From a virus: a stretch of DNA of 64,000 nucleotides. The DNA lies in the IMG/VR virus record IMGVR_UViG_3300000062_000001, positions 1 through 64,000 of that record. One strand, given 5' to 3'. Numbering within the stretch: position 1 is the first letter of the stretch; each line of letters opens with the position of its first letter. A program made the translations under genes and the position numbers. This document shows positions 29,318-38,983 of this stretch, in pieces. The notes under the pieces were generated by a model that worked only from the letters and a program-made list of their open reading frames with translations, was not told the origin of the DNA and did not search any database.

Positions 29318-30193
29318 ATCCTTACAAGTTCCTTTATTATCAGCTAATCCATCTGAAGTAGGAGCTAATCTTCCCAATTTAAAAGAATCATTACTTTCTT
29401 TATCAAGACTTTGTTGTTGAATATTACATATAGTCCACTTATAAACATTCCTAAGATATACACAATCATAACTACTGAATCTTCCAATAGTGTTGTATAA
29501 AGTACTTTTTTCTCCCCCCATACTTTTTTCTGGGGTAAGAAGTGATATATGATCTACTATAAGAATATTGTATTGATTAGGACTATTAAAAGAATACTTA
29601 TCAATAACTCTTTTCTTGGTTATTTCCCCTGTAGTGTTATCTACCCAATTCATGTCCTTATAAGAAACTGTGCCCGTTTGATTTGAAACGTTAATACACT
29701 CTTTATAAATTCCTGTAGGGTGCCTTATATGTTCATAAACTGTAAGATGTCTATCTATATAGTCTAAAAATCCTGTAAAATTAGAATTTGACATCTTATC
29801 TAGTACTTCAGTTCTTAGGGGATTGTTTACATTCAAACTATTCAATTCAATATCTGGTACTCTAGTACCAAAGGTTATATATAACCACCATCCTATTATT
29901 CTATCCCATAATTGATTTATTCCCATCTCTAAACTAAAATATAAGATTCTAGGTTCAATTTTCCCAGGATTAAGGTAGGAATATAATAGTGGTTGTAAAC
30001 AGAACATGTATAATGCAAGCTGACTTTTGCCAGCCTTTTGACTACCTGTTATACCATAATACTTGGCTTGTTGAATGCCTGGAAATACACTTGTATATCT
30101 TTCAAATGGGCAGGGAATACAGTTTATTTCTCCCCTCTCTACTCTTTCTTTATTCTCCTTATAATTACTGATTCTATCTCTCCATATACTCAT
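29318..30193 (-). CDS. DnaB-like replicative helicase, exon 1
   Basis: Walker A GSQKAGKSQLAL and Walker B ILIVDHISLL. The track ORF continues 8 codons into the intron. Confidence 0.7.
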
Positions 30194-30738
30194 TATACAA
30201 GTGTGTTTTCATAATCATTTTCACTCTCTTCTTTGGACCTAAGCATACATATTTCAGTATATAGATCACTTTCTTTATCTCTATCAGAATTATTCTTTAG
30301 AATGAAGTATTTTAATAATCTCATTAAAGTATTATACTCCATTCTATTTAAATAATTTTTAGTAGCCTGGATTACTTCTTCTTTGGTAATATTATTATCC
30401 CCAAATAACATGAAGAATCTTGATAATTTATCTTTTACTTCCTTTGGGTTACATTTCCATCTATAAGGAGTACCTGGTTTCAACCCTTTAGGGTATAATG
30501 CGGTTATTTCTTTAGTTAATTCATCAAGATCTATACCTGTAGAGGTATAAGTAAAGATATCCTTTAATAACTCTCTTCCTCCCTCAGTTACTTTATTATC
30601 ATCATTAATCAAATCACTGTCTTTTAGGAATTGTATATCTCTGATAATTGACCCTCCTACAGATTCACAATAACATAACAAGAAGAATTGATAAAGGGTT
30701 AATCCTTGTAATTCTTTTGTATCAAATTTAAATAACAT
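30193..30738 (-). CDS. hypothetical protein
   Basis: 181-aa ORF abutting the helicase start. Confidence 0.5.
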   Translation of the reverse strand: MLFKFDTKELQGLTLYQFFLLCYCESVGGSIIRDIQFLKDSDLINDDNKVTEGGRELLKDIFTYTSTGIDLDELTKEITALYPKGLKPGTPYRWKCNPKEVKDKLSRFFMLFGDNNITKEEVIQATKNYLNRMEYNTLMRLLKYFILKNNSDRDKESDLYTEICMLRSKEESENDYENTLV

Positions 30739-31216
30739 TTTTTTGTTGTCGTTTAAGGGTTTTTATAGTGTTTAAAGATATTCCTAACTTTTTAATTAAC
30801 CTCTTATATTTGTATATTTCTGTAGCTGTAAAGATTTTTCCAGTAAATATAATAGTATCACTAACTATTAAATTTGTACGTCCATACCATATTTTAGACC
30901 CCCTAGGAATTATGAATTGACCTGTTACAGTGGGGGTGTATGTATATAATCTATCCATAGTTAGACAAGAGTGAAATCCTTCTTCTATAAATAAAATGTT
31001 TTTGTCTACATTCAACCAGGCCATTCTCTCTACACCATCTAAATACCCAGCAGAATCTTGTCTAAAGCTAATTTCTGAATGATATCTTTTATTAGGAATA
31101 TATTTAAAACATTCATAATAACTATAGAAATTCTCTCCCCATTTTTTACATGCTTTATATACAATAATATCTTCTTTAGCAATTGTATATTTTCTATTTT
31201 CTATTCTTATACACAT
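30728..31216 (-). CDS. hypothetical protein
   Basis: 162-aa ORF. Confidence 0.5.
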   Translation of the reverse strand: MCIRIENRKYTIAKEDIIVYKACKKWGENFYSYYECFKYIPNKRYHSEISFRQDSAGYLDGVERMAWLNVDKNILFIEEGFHSCLTMDRLYTYTPTVTGQFIIPRGSKIWYGRTNLIVSDTIIFTGKIFTATEIYKYKRLIKKLGISLNTIKTLKRQQKNVI

Positions 31217-31218
31217 AA

Positions 31219-32469
31219 CTAATTTTTTATATATTTAATATAGTTTTTGTCCATATGTTCTAAAATATTGTTCAAAAATTCTTCATCCCTGGTTCCTTTA
31301 TAATAAAATATATGTATTTCAGGATTTTCTGCTCTTAATACTCTTCCAAATTTCTGAATAAATGGCAGTTCAGTCCCATCTAATTGAACTATTATACCCA
31401 TTTCAATATTACTAAGATTCATACCTTCTTTTAACATACCTACACAAAAAAGTGAATTCCTTTTTCCAGATTGAAATTTTTCAATTCTTTCTTCCACATC
31501 TTTTATTTTACTATGTACAACAGTATCATTATTACATCCTAATTTATTACATTGATCAATAGATGTACAAAAACATATAAATCTTTTATACACCGAAATA
31601 CTATTTAATAACACAGCAACGTCCATAGTCTTAGATTCTCCTAAAAATATTTTTCTTTCCGAAGCAGTTCTTAACCACTTGTTCAAAATAAGTTGTTTTC
31701 CTATTAAACGGTACTTTCTTTTCCAATAATCTACTTGTTCATTAATATATAAATACTTTTCATATTGTGTACATTTTATATATAATGATTTGTAAGTATT
31801 TTTTTGTGTAAAGTATTTATACCTATCATTATAATCACAATATACTATTTTAGTACCCTTACCATTAATTACTATTACCTGGTTGTGTTTAGTATTATCT
31901 AAAGTTAATTCGTGTATAAATATTTTAGGTTCAGGCAGTATTTCTGATTCAATAGCTTCTTTAGTTGTTATTTTAAAAGAATCAAATTTATAATTTTTAA
32001 ATATTGTTTCTAAAGATATTTTAATAGAATTTTTTAATGTAGCTGATAGGAATAACATTTTCTGAGATTCTATAGCAGATAAACTTGTTAATCTATTAGG
32101 ACTTAAATGATGTGCTTCATCACAAATAACTAGATCCCATTCGGTTTCAACAAGTTTATGTACTGAAGCATAACAATAGAAATAAGTATTTCCGAGTAAA
32201 TGTTCATAATCATGCTTTTTATACTCTTCTATCCAATTATTCCTATGTGCCCTTTCTGCTATTAATACTAAGGTTCTAGGAGGAAGTAATTGAATTTCTC
32301 TAGTTAATTCTCCGTTATCATATTTTAAAGGTATGTCCTCACACATACTCTCCTGGACCTTTATAGCCATTAAGGATTTACCTACTCCTGTAGCTGCTTC
32401 TATAATAATAGCATCTGCTTTAGAATCTAATACCTCTTGACTAATATTTTCTCTTGTTATCTTTTTCAT
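31219..32469 (-). CDS. superfamily 2 DEAH-type helicase
   Basis: Motif I AATGVGKS, motif II ICDEAHHL, motif III LSATL, motif VI QKFGRVLR. Confidence 0.8.
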   Translation of the reverse strand: MKKITRENISQEVLDSKADAIIIEAATGVGKSLMAIKVQESMCEDIPLKYDNGELTREIQLLPPRTLVLIAERAHRNNWIEEYKKHDYEHLLGNTYFYCYASVHKLVETEWDLVICDEAHHLSPNRLTSLSAIESQKMLFLSATLKNSIKISLETIFKNYKFDSFKITTKEAIESEILPEPKIFIHELTLDNTKHNQVIVINGKGTKIVYCDYNDRYKYFTQKNTYKSLYIKCTQYEKYLYINEQVDYWKRKYRLIGKQLILNKWLRTASERKIFLGESKTMDVAVLLNSISVYKRFICFCTSIDQCNKLGCNNDTVVHSKIKDVEERIEKFQSGKRNSLFCVGMLKEGMNLSNIEMGIIVQLDGTELPFIQKFGRVLRAENPEIHIFYYKGTRDEEFLNNILEHMDKNYIKYIKN

Positions 32470-32476
32470 TATTTAT

Positions 32477-32782
32477 TTATTCAAATTCCTCATATTTTGG
32501 ACAAGGAAAATATATTTTCCAATAAGTCGATCCTGAATCCCAATCTTCATAATGCATTAACCATTTACCATTAGTAAATACAACTAAACCTCTTATTGTA
32601 GAGGGGTATTTATCAGAATTATACTTAATACCTTTTAATGTGTTTATGAAAGATTTATAGACTTCTTCTGATGAATGGGGTAATAATTTTGCAATTAATA
32701 CATCATTTCTGTAAATTTTTGAATAATGTATTATATTATTTCCACCAATATATGATCTTATTTCTCTAAAAATTGTAGTCAT
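32477..32782 (-). CDS. hypothetical protein
   Basis: 101-aa ORF. Confidence 0.5.
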   Translation of the reverse strand: MTTIFREIRSYIGGNNIIHYSKIYRNDVLIAKLLPHSSEEVYKSFINTLKGIKYNSDKYPSTIRGLVVFTNGKWLMHYEDWDSGSTYWKIYFPCPKYEEFE

Positions 32783-32784
32783 TA

Positions 32785-33336
32785 TTAATCTATTTGGTAT
32801 GATATAGCTTTCAAATAATTATATTCTTTAAGAATTTTTTCTTTATAATCAGACCCTGCTTTAGAATTATGAATAAATATTGCTCTGTCTATAGATTTGG
32901 TAGGATTATCCTTTTTATTAACTACTTCAAACATTTCTGTAGCTTTATCTATATCAAATCTATGTTCATCTTTGTATTTATCATATCCTATCACTTCGTT
33001 CGCTCTATCCATAAATCCATTCTTAGGCATTATTTGATATAAACCACCTGCTTTAGATTTAGGATTAATAGCGTTAGGATTATGATTACTTTCAACTCTT
33101 ATAATAGCTAATTTTAATAGAAACCAATCTCTATCGAATCTTATAGAATCAATAGTCATTAAATCTAACTGTAAATTACAATAATCTATTTCTTCTTGAA
33201 GTATTTTACAATTTGTTTTCAAAATACTAATTTGTTTATGAAAATAGAATAAATTTACTAATAAAAATGTAACTATGAAGGTTACATTTATTGTTAAAAT
33301 AAGATTATTTTTAATTATATTTAATATTTCTTTCAT
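32785..33336 (-). CDS. membrane-anchored lytic transglycosylase (SLT domain)
   Basis: N-terminal TM helix, then RVESNHNPNAINPKSKAGGLYQIMP (the ES...GL.QI motif). Confidence 0.6.
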   Translation of the reverse strand: MKEILNIIKNNLILTINVTFIVTFLLVNLFYFHKQISILKTNCKILQEEIDYCNLQLDLMTIDSIRFDRDWFLLKLAIIRVESNHNPNAINPKSKAGGLYQIMPKNGFMDRANEVIGYDKYKDEHRFDIDKATEMFEVVNKKDNPTKSIDRAIFIHNSKAGSDYKEKILKEYNYLKAISYQID

Positions 33337-33344
33337 TGTAAAAA

Positions 33345-33788
33345 TTATTTTATTAGTTTTAATGCTTCATATAATCCTGCTTCAAGAGCATCTTCATAAG
33401 TCTCATAATCTGTTACTAAAAAAAGTACCATACCTCCTAAAAGTTCATCATATTCCTCACAAAAATATTCATTATGACTTTCTTTAATAACAGTTATAAA
33501 ATGATTATGTGTTGTTCTTAACCATTTTTGTAATAGGAATTGAGTAGGAGCTTGGTATTCCCAAATATTGAGAAATTCATGTAAACGTATTTCAGGTTCT
33601 CCTGGGGCATAAGAAGCATGCGTAAAATATTCTTGAATTAATCCTTTAGAATTATATCCATAAAAAGTAGCAATATTAAATCCTTTTTCTTTTGCTAATT
33701 TGGCAGTTTCAAATGATATTAACTGTTCTTCCATATTCTCTTTTTCCCTATTAAATATATTGGAAAAATTATAACTGCAAGAGGCCAT
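33345..33788 (-). CDS. hypothetical protein
   Basis: 147-aa ORF. The internal Met (MEEQLISF) at 33734 would remove most of the 70-nt overlap with 33719..33964. Confidence 0.5.
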   Translation of the reverse strand: MASCSYNFSNIFNREKENMEEQLISFETAKLAKEKGFNIATFYGYNSKGLIQEYFTHASYAPGEPEIRLHEFLNIWEYQAPTQFLLQKWLRTTHNHFITVIKESHNEYFCEEYDELLGGMVLFLVTDYETYEDALEAGLYEALKLIK

Positions 33789-33964
33789 ACCATTACTACT
33801 AGTGTTGTTACTATTGCTTGTGCCACCCCGTAAATGAAGTAATCATTAACAGTATTTAAACTCATTGAAAATAAGTTCTCTTCTGTTGTAAAAGTATTAT
33901 ATAATATATAGATATAATATATAATTCCTATAATAAATCCTATGATAAAATATAAAAGTACCAT
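33719..33964 (-). CDS. small membrane protein
   Basis: 81-aa ORF with two or three hydrophobic helices. Confidence 0.4.
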   Translation of the reverse strand: MVLLYFIIGFIIGIIYYIYILYNTFTTEENLFSMSLNTVNDYFIYGVAQAIVTTLVVMVWPLAVIIFPIYLIGKKRIWKNS

Positions 33965-33987
33965 TTTAGTTTAATTTAATTAAATTT

Positions 33988-34025
33988 AAAAAGGGGTGGG
34001 CGTATATAATAATACACCCCCCCCC
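33988..34025 (-). terminator. intrinsic terminator
   Basis: On the minus strand, GGGGTG...CACCCC-type GC stem (33993-34003 and 34014-34025) followed by a U run (plus-strand aaaaa at 33988-33992). Confidence 0.6.
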
Positions 34026-34046
34026 ATCCAAAACACACATCACACT

Positions 34047-34394
34047 CTAACTCTTTTTTTCAGCCTCGTTTTCAGAGAAGAATTCTTTATATAAATCTAA
34101 ATATAGATCTAATTCTTCTTTTAATATATAAATTTCTCTTTTAAATTCAGCCATTTTAATGAAACTTTGAGATATTTCTTCTCTAGTCATTTCTTTCTTA
34201 CCTGCATTTACATCTGTATCAAGTGTTAATGAGAATTTAATGTCTTCTATAGCATTATTTTTCTTATTAATACTTAATGCAAGGGCCTCAATTTTTTGTA
34301 ATTGAAAATTTCTTTCAGCTGTTTTAATATAACTTTCAGCCTTTTCGTTCATTTCTGAACTATTTGTTAATAATTGGTATGCAAAACTTTTCAT
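34047..34394 (-). CDS. hypothetical coiled-coil protein
   Basis: 115-aa ORF. Confidence 0.5.
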   Translation of the reverse strand: MKSFAYQLLTNSSEMNEKAESYIKTAERNFQLQKIEALALSINKKNNAIEDIKFSLTLDTDVNAGKKEMTREEISQSFIKMAEFKREIYILKEELDLYLDLYKEFFSENEAEKKS

Positions 34395-34395
34395 T

Positions 34396-34971
34396 TTAAT
34401 ATTCTATTAAGTTATTAATTAATTTTAATTTTTCTTTTATTATCTTTTCAAAATCATCAGGAGTTTCTTTTGAGATAAATGGTGTTGGGACTGTCTCAAT
34501 TAAGGCTAATGTATTATCGTCTTCACATAAAAGATCTTGTGTAGGACTACAACAACAGTTGTTAGATACATTTTCTATTACTAATAAATTTTCTTCATTA
34601 TCAAATGTATATGTTTGATTATAATTAAGTGTTTGTACCTTTTCATAAAGTAGAGTACAAAGATTATACTCCCTGCTGTCATAGCTAGGCGTTATAAATT
34701 TACCATCACTTGAGTTCCAGTGAGAATAAAGTTGATTATATACCCAAAAAACTATATAATAAGATGTATTATTGTTATAATATATATCCCCTATTTGTAC
34801 ATCATCCCTTTCTATATTACATATATATTTATTCGATTTTTGTAACCACTTAAGATCAGTATTAAAATGCTCTTTGCTTTTAAAAGAGAATAACTCTTTT
34901 ATTTTTTCTTTATCATCAAGGAAATTTAATATACTCCCTCTAGTAACTATAATTGTATAAACTGTTTTCAT
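34396..34971 (-). CDS. hypothetical protein
   Basis: 191-aa ORF. Confidence 0.5.
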   Translation of the reverse strand: MKTVYTIIVTRGSILNFLDDKEKIKELFSFKSKEHFNTDLKWLQKSNKYICNIERDDVQIGDIYYNNNTSYYIVFWVYNQLYSHWNSSDGKFITPSYDSREYNLCTLLYEKVQTLNYNQTYTFDNEENLLVIENVSNNCCCSPTQDLLCEDDNTLALIETVPTPFISKETPDDFEKIIKEKLKLINNLIEY

Positions 34972-34980
34972 GTTGTTGTG

Positions 34981-35286
34981 TTAATCATTAGTACTTATTA
35001 TTAACACTATTCCTATCCCTATCCCGAATAAAAGACAAAGAACACTAGCACCTACTAATTCAGAGGATAACTCTCTAATTCGTATTTCAACTAAATTAGT
35101 GTTAGTATTAATAGCGTATATTACATGGTCTTTAATGACTACATTATATGTTGTAGTATCTTTTTTAGCCAAAGTTAATAATTCTATTGTGGTTATTTTC
35201 TCTGGGTCTGTAACTTTAATAGGTTCTCCACAAGAGAATAATCCTAATAAAATTATTCCTAATATCAATGTTATTAATTTTTTCAT
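34981..35286 (-). CDS. putative lipoprotein with C-terminal hydrophobic segment
   Basis: Signal peptide with lipobox, LLGLFSCGEP. Confidence 0.5.
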   Translation of the reverse strand: MKKLITLILGIILLGLFSCGEPIKVTDPEKITTIELLTLAKKDTTTYNVVIKDHVIYAINTNTNLVEIRIRELSSELVGASVLCLLFGIGIGIVLIISTND

Positions 35287-35320
35287 AATATGATGTTTTT
35301 AATTATTTAATTATTTAAAG

Positions 35321-35688
35321 TGGAGGTGCAGAGATTCGAACTCTGGTCTTACAATATTTCTTTATTAAAACTTTTACATGTTTATTCAGTTTATTAACTG
35401 ACAAAATAGGGCTGAATGGTTTTAACATTCAACTTCCACCAATTAGTTTTTATTTAGAGATAAACTAACAAACTGTCTCCTGCTCCAATTTTTATATCTT
35501 AGGTATGATATTACTATTTCCTGTTTCTAAGCATAGATGCTCAACTACTATGCAGCTAATCTATAAGCTGTCTGAGTAGAAGGAGTTAAATTAATAACCT
35601 TGCCTTTTATAGTTTACTATTTTAAGGTATAGTTACCTTTACATGATTTTAATACTTACTCTATTATAATCTAACCCATACCACCCCC
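35321..35688 (-). ncRNA. ssrA: tmRNA (ssrA-like transfer-messenger RNA)
   Basis: The 5' GGGGGUG pairs with the 3' CACCUCC, including a G3:U70 wobble (the alanine identity pair). T-arm CAGAG-UUCGAAU-CUCUG preceded by GAC. P2 pairing UUAUAAUA/UAUUGUAA. Candidate resume codon GGC at RNA position 85 (35604). Tag frame GKVINLTPSTQTAYRLAA followed by TAG TAG (35545-35550), which sits inside hairpin GCATAG...CTATGC. 368 nt, CCA not encoded. Confidence 0.8.
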
Positions 35689-36070
35689 ATGAAATTTAAA
35701 AATAAAGTAAATGCTCTAACTAACTGAGCTATGCAGATTAGTATATCCATAGGTGTTATCGTTTAATCACTATGCTTCTACATCTCGACCATTATTACTA
35801 ATCCCCACAAAGATTTGCACTTCGGACCTTTTACTTTATAAAAAACTATCTAACCCACATTTGTTAGAGTGGAATATTAATACTATTATTCACATATTGT
35901 CTAATATGTAAAATCAATGACTACTTAATTCATCCATAGGGATATTAATACATTACAATAAACAACATCTGCTAACTACAGATTAATACAAACAATTATC
36001 GTTTCCTGTCTCACAGCTCAATTAAAGTTTATAATATGTTTATCTTCATTTAGATAGTTTAAATGATTAA

Positions 36071-36098
36071 GGGATATAATACAGTGTACTATATCCCC
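36071..36098 (-). terminator. hairpin directly after the stop of 36105..36383
   Basis: gggatata (36071-36078) pairs with tatatccc (36090-36097). Confidence 0.4.
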
Positions 36099-36104
36099 AT
36101 TATT

Positions 36105-36383
36105 TTAAACCCAACCAAATTCCTTTTTTAATACTTTCAATTCTTTTGCTCCATCTTCAAGGTTTAAAAGAGTATTCTTTGCATTAACTATAGCTAATGA
36201 ATCTAATGGATAAGTTGTTTTAAGATCTTCATATGTAGCTCTAGCTTTCACTACTGATTGTTCTGTAGCTAAGAGATCCGATTGTAACTGTAATTTTGCT
36301 TCTGCTACTTTGAAGGTTATGTCCTGTTGGTTTATCACATCCTGTGATAACACTTCTCCTGTTTTGTAATTGATTTTCAACAT
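36105..36383 (-). CDS. hypothetical protein
   Basis: 92-aa ORF with natural composition. Overlaps the 3' end of 36241..37242 by 143 nt. Confidence 0.5.
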   Translation of the reverse strand: MLKINYKTGEVLSQDVINQQDITFKVAEAKLQLQSDLLATEQSVVKARATYEDLKTTYPLDSLAIVNAKNTLLNLEDGAKELKVLKKEFGWV

Positions 36384-37242
36384 TTCTTTCTTGTTTTAAA
36401 TTATTATTTTCAATTGGTTCTTTTATTTTTTGACAAAGTACTTTATTTAATTCAGTAACTGAATCTTTCTTTTTAAAAGTATACTTACTTTTAAAATCTT
36501 CAACATTACAATATTGTAATGCCTTGTGTTCAGTTCTACTAAAAGTTAAATAGAATCCATTTTTCTCATCTTTTTGAGTAATTATTAAATATATATTATG
36601 ATCTAGATTAATAAAATTATCTTCAGAAACATCTGTTCCATCAATCCATTTTATATTATTAAAATAAGTATTGAAATAATTTGCGAATTCTTTCCATTCT
36701 TCTTTTAAAATTTTTATTGAATGTAATTTTCTATTTTGATCTATATCTTCATTTACTACAGCACATAGTTTCTTTTCAAATAGTAATTTATGTACTTTCC
36801 ATCCAAAAAATGAATTAAAACTACATTCTATAGTATTAATCTCTAAATCTTTAACATAATAATTTTTATTACTATTTATTGATTCATATAGACCTTCCCA
36901 AAATTGTTCTCTAGCCATATATTTAATCATTAATAAGTCTATATCTCTATTAAATATTATAATATCTCCTCGGTTAAATGTAAATTTCTCTATAAATTTT
37001 TTAGAAGTAATAAAATTTTTTTGAGAACGACTATAAGTATCTGTAAATAGATAATGGTAACTAAATTTAAGATCATCAATATCTATATATATTATTACTT
37101 TAGAACAAATTTTACTTTCAAAAAGATTATGAGTTAATTTTATAGCATTATTTTTACATTTGAAATCAAAATTTTTTACCCAGAAGTCATAAAACTCTGA
37201 ATAATCTTCTCTCTTAACTACTATTTTATATAAACTAGTCAT
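36241..37242 (-). CDS. hypothetical protein (3' end uncertain)
   Basis: 333-aa ORF whose last ~47 aa lie in the overlap and look low-complexity. Confidence 0.5.
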   Translation of the reverse strand: MTSLYKIVVKREDYSEFYDFWVKNFDFKCKNNAIKLTHNLFESKICSKVIIYIDIDDLKFSYHYLFTDTYSRSQKNFITSKKFIEKFTFNRGDIIIFNRDIDLLMIKYMAREQFWEGLYESINSNKNYYVKDLEINTIECSFNSFFGWKVHKLLFEKKLCAVVNEDIDQNRKLHSIKILKEEWKEFANYFNTYFNNIKWIDGTDVSEDNFINLDHNIYLIITQKDEKNGFYLTFSRTEHKALQYCNVEDFKSKYTFKKKDSVTELNKVLCQKIKEPIENNNLKQERNVENQLQNRRSVITGCDKPTGHNLQSSRSKITVTIGSLSYRTISSES

Positions 37243-37257
37243 TGTAATTAATATTTA

Positions 37258-37899
37258 TTAAAAGTTATTATAAAACCATTCTTCAAAATGCTCTCCTTTA
37301 GTTTTAAGCACAGCTTTTTCTTGAAATAAAGCAGTTCCAAAGCCATTAATATAAGCACTTTTTAACTCATCTTTACTAAAACTATCTTTAATAGCTTTAA
37401 TAGTGATTTCATTGTTTTTATCAACTTTAATTTTGTTAATTTTAAATTGTTTGAAATTGCCGCATTCATTTCTATTGCTACAATTACAAGTTGTATCACT
37501 ACAAATTTCTTCAAACTCAATCATTACTTCATCAATACCACCTTGCTCACAATACTTTTTAACAAATGATTGTGATGGTGTTGGTAAATTTAATGCTTGG
37601 TTTGTTAATGCCACAACCTTTTTACAATAACCATTTTTGTAATTTTCAATGCATCTATCTAAATCGTCTATAGTTACCTCGAAAATACATTTATCATAAT
37701 GAAATAATGTGAGATCTTCAAGAATAATATCTCCTACTTTTATTTCTTCATCAGTAATGAAGCAAAGATGCTGTGATATATCTGGTTCAGTCCTTATTAT
37801 ATTAAATCCAATTTGTAATTTACCATTTGAATCAATATAAATTGTACTTCTCCCTTTAGTAGGTAGACTAACTACTTCTGCACTTTTAAATGTATTCAT
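37258..37899 (-). CDS. hypothetical protein
   Basis: 213-aa ORF. Confidence 0.5.
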   Translation of the reverse strand: MNTFKSAEVVSLPTKGRSTIYIDSNGKLQIGFNIIRTEPDISQHLCFITDEEIKVGDIILEDLTLFHYDKCIFEVTIDDLDRCIENYKNGYCKKVVALTNQALNLPTPSQSFVKKYCEQGGIDEVMIEFEEICSDTTCNCSNRNECGNFKQFKINKIKVDKNNEITIKAIKDSFSKDELKSAYINGFGTALFQEKAVLKTKGEHFEEWFYNNF

Positions 37900-37929
37900 C
37901 TGAATTTTATTTTTAAGATTAATACTTAT

Positions 37930-38127
37930 TTATAATTTAATTCCACACAAAGGACAATAATTTATACATGCTAAAACTTCATCATTTATTGAACTATCGC
38001 AAAAAAATGCGTCATAATTTAATATTAAATCTTTGTTTTTCATATATAATGTTATTCTACAACGGTCTTTAGATTCATCAACAGGTATATCATTAATAGC
38101 TGAATATCCTTCACAAAATTTACACAT
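37930..38127 (-). CDS. small zinc-ribbon protein
   Basis: CKFC...CPLC pairs at both ends of a 65-aa ORF. Confidence 0.5.
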   Translation of the reverse strand: MCKFCEGYSAINDIPVDESKDRCRITLYMKNKDLILNYDAFFCDSSINDEVLACINYCPLCGIKL

Positions 38128-38148
38128 ATCTTTAATATTTAATGTTAA

Positions 38149-38385
38149 TTATAATAAACGGCGTAACCTATGCCTTATGGCATTTTCACTCTTAATATTT
38201 GTCATCAAATAATTTTCAAATGCTATACTCAATTCAGCATTTACAACTTTATTATTGATGTCATTATTACTACAATATTCATCAACTTTAGCAATGAATC
38301 TTCCATCATTCCATATATTAACTTCTATAAATATAGAAACAATATCTTCGATGTTTTGTTCTGTTAATTTTACTGATGTATCCAA
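38149..38385 (-). CDS. hypothetical protein
   Basis: 78-aa ORF. Confidence 0.45.
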   Translation of the reverse strand: MDTSVKLTEQNIEDIVSIFIEVNIWNDGRFIAKVDEYCSNNDINNKVVNAELSIAFENYLMTNIKSENAIRHRLRRLL

Positions 38386-38396
38386 TACATTTAGTT

Positions 38397-38786
38397 TTAA
38401 TTTAATGATTTTATTATAATAATATCCTCTTCTATAGATTCATCATATACTGGACTAGTATTCATAATATCAAATAGTAAAAAAGTTGGAAATATTCCTT
38501 TACCTCTATTTTTGTAATTGTCCTTATAAGAAGCTTTGAGAATATTCTCAATTTTATCCCAGGATTTAGGATTAATAAATATTTGAGATACAGATAGCAT
38601 AATGTTGTTATTAAAAGTCTCTGCTAGATTTTTAAAATCAATATCTAAACATTTGTATACATCAGCCATACATTTCACACCCCTCTTTGTGTATCCCCTT
38701 TTAATATGAAATAAGTTATGAGTTCTCTTACTAATAGGGTAATTAATTAGTTTATCATAGTCAATACTATATAATAATTCTTTCAT
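38397..38786 (-). CDS. hypothetical protein
   Basis: 129-aa ORF. Confidence 0.5.
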   Translation of the reverse strand: MKELLYSIDYDKLINYPISKRTHNLFHIKRGYTKRGVKCMADVYKCLDIDFKNLAETFNNNIMLSVSQIFINPKSWDKIENILKASYKDNYKNRGKGIFPTFLLFDIMNTSPVYDESIEEDIIIIKSLN

Positions 38787-38800
38787 GATATATATTTATT

Positions 38801-38983
38801 TTAATGAAGTATATTAATACCAATTAACATATATATTCCTAATATTACAGGAATAATCAATATACTAGCAATTATTATTATTTTATATAATGATTCTTGT
38901 TTCTTAGACCAACTTGTTTTTAATCTTGCTACAAAGTAACAAAATAATAAAGTTAATATACAAAAAAATAAATAGGTTTTCAT
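38801..38983 (-). CDS. small two-helix membrane protein
   Basis: 60-aa ORF with two hydrophobic segments. Confidence 0.4.
   Translation of the reverse strand: MKTYLFFCILTLLFCYFVARLKTSWSKKQESLYKIIIIASILIIPVILGIYMLIGINILH

Noticed and set aside
35708-35750. A complete tRNA gene immediately upstream of the tmRNA.
   Set aside because: Only an acceptor-strand-plus-D-arm-like half is present. The putative anticodon stem has a mismatch and an odd loop, and no T-arm or complementary 3' acceptor strand follows.
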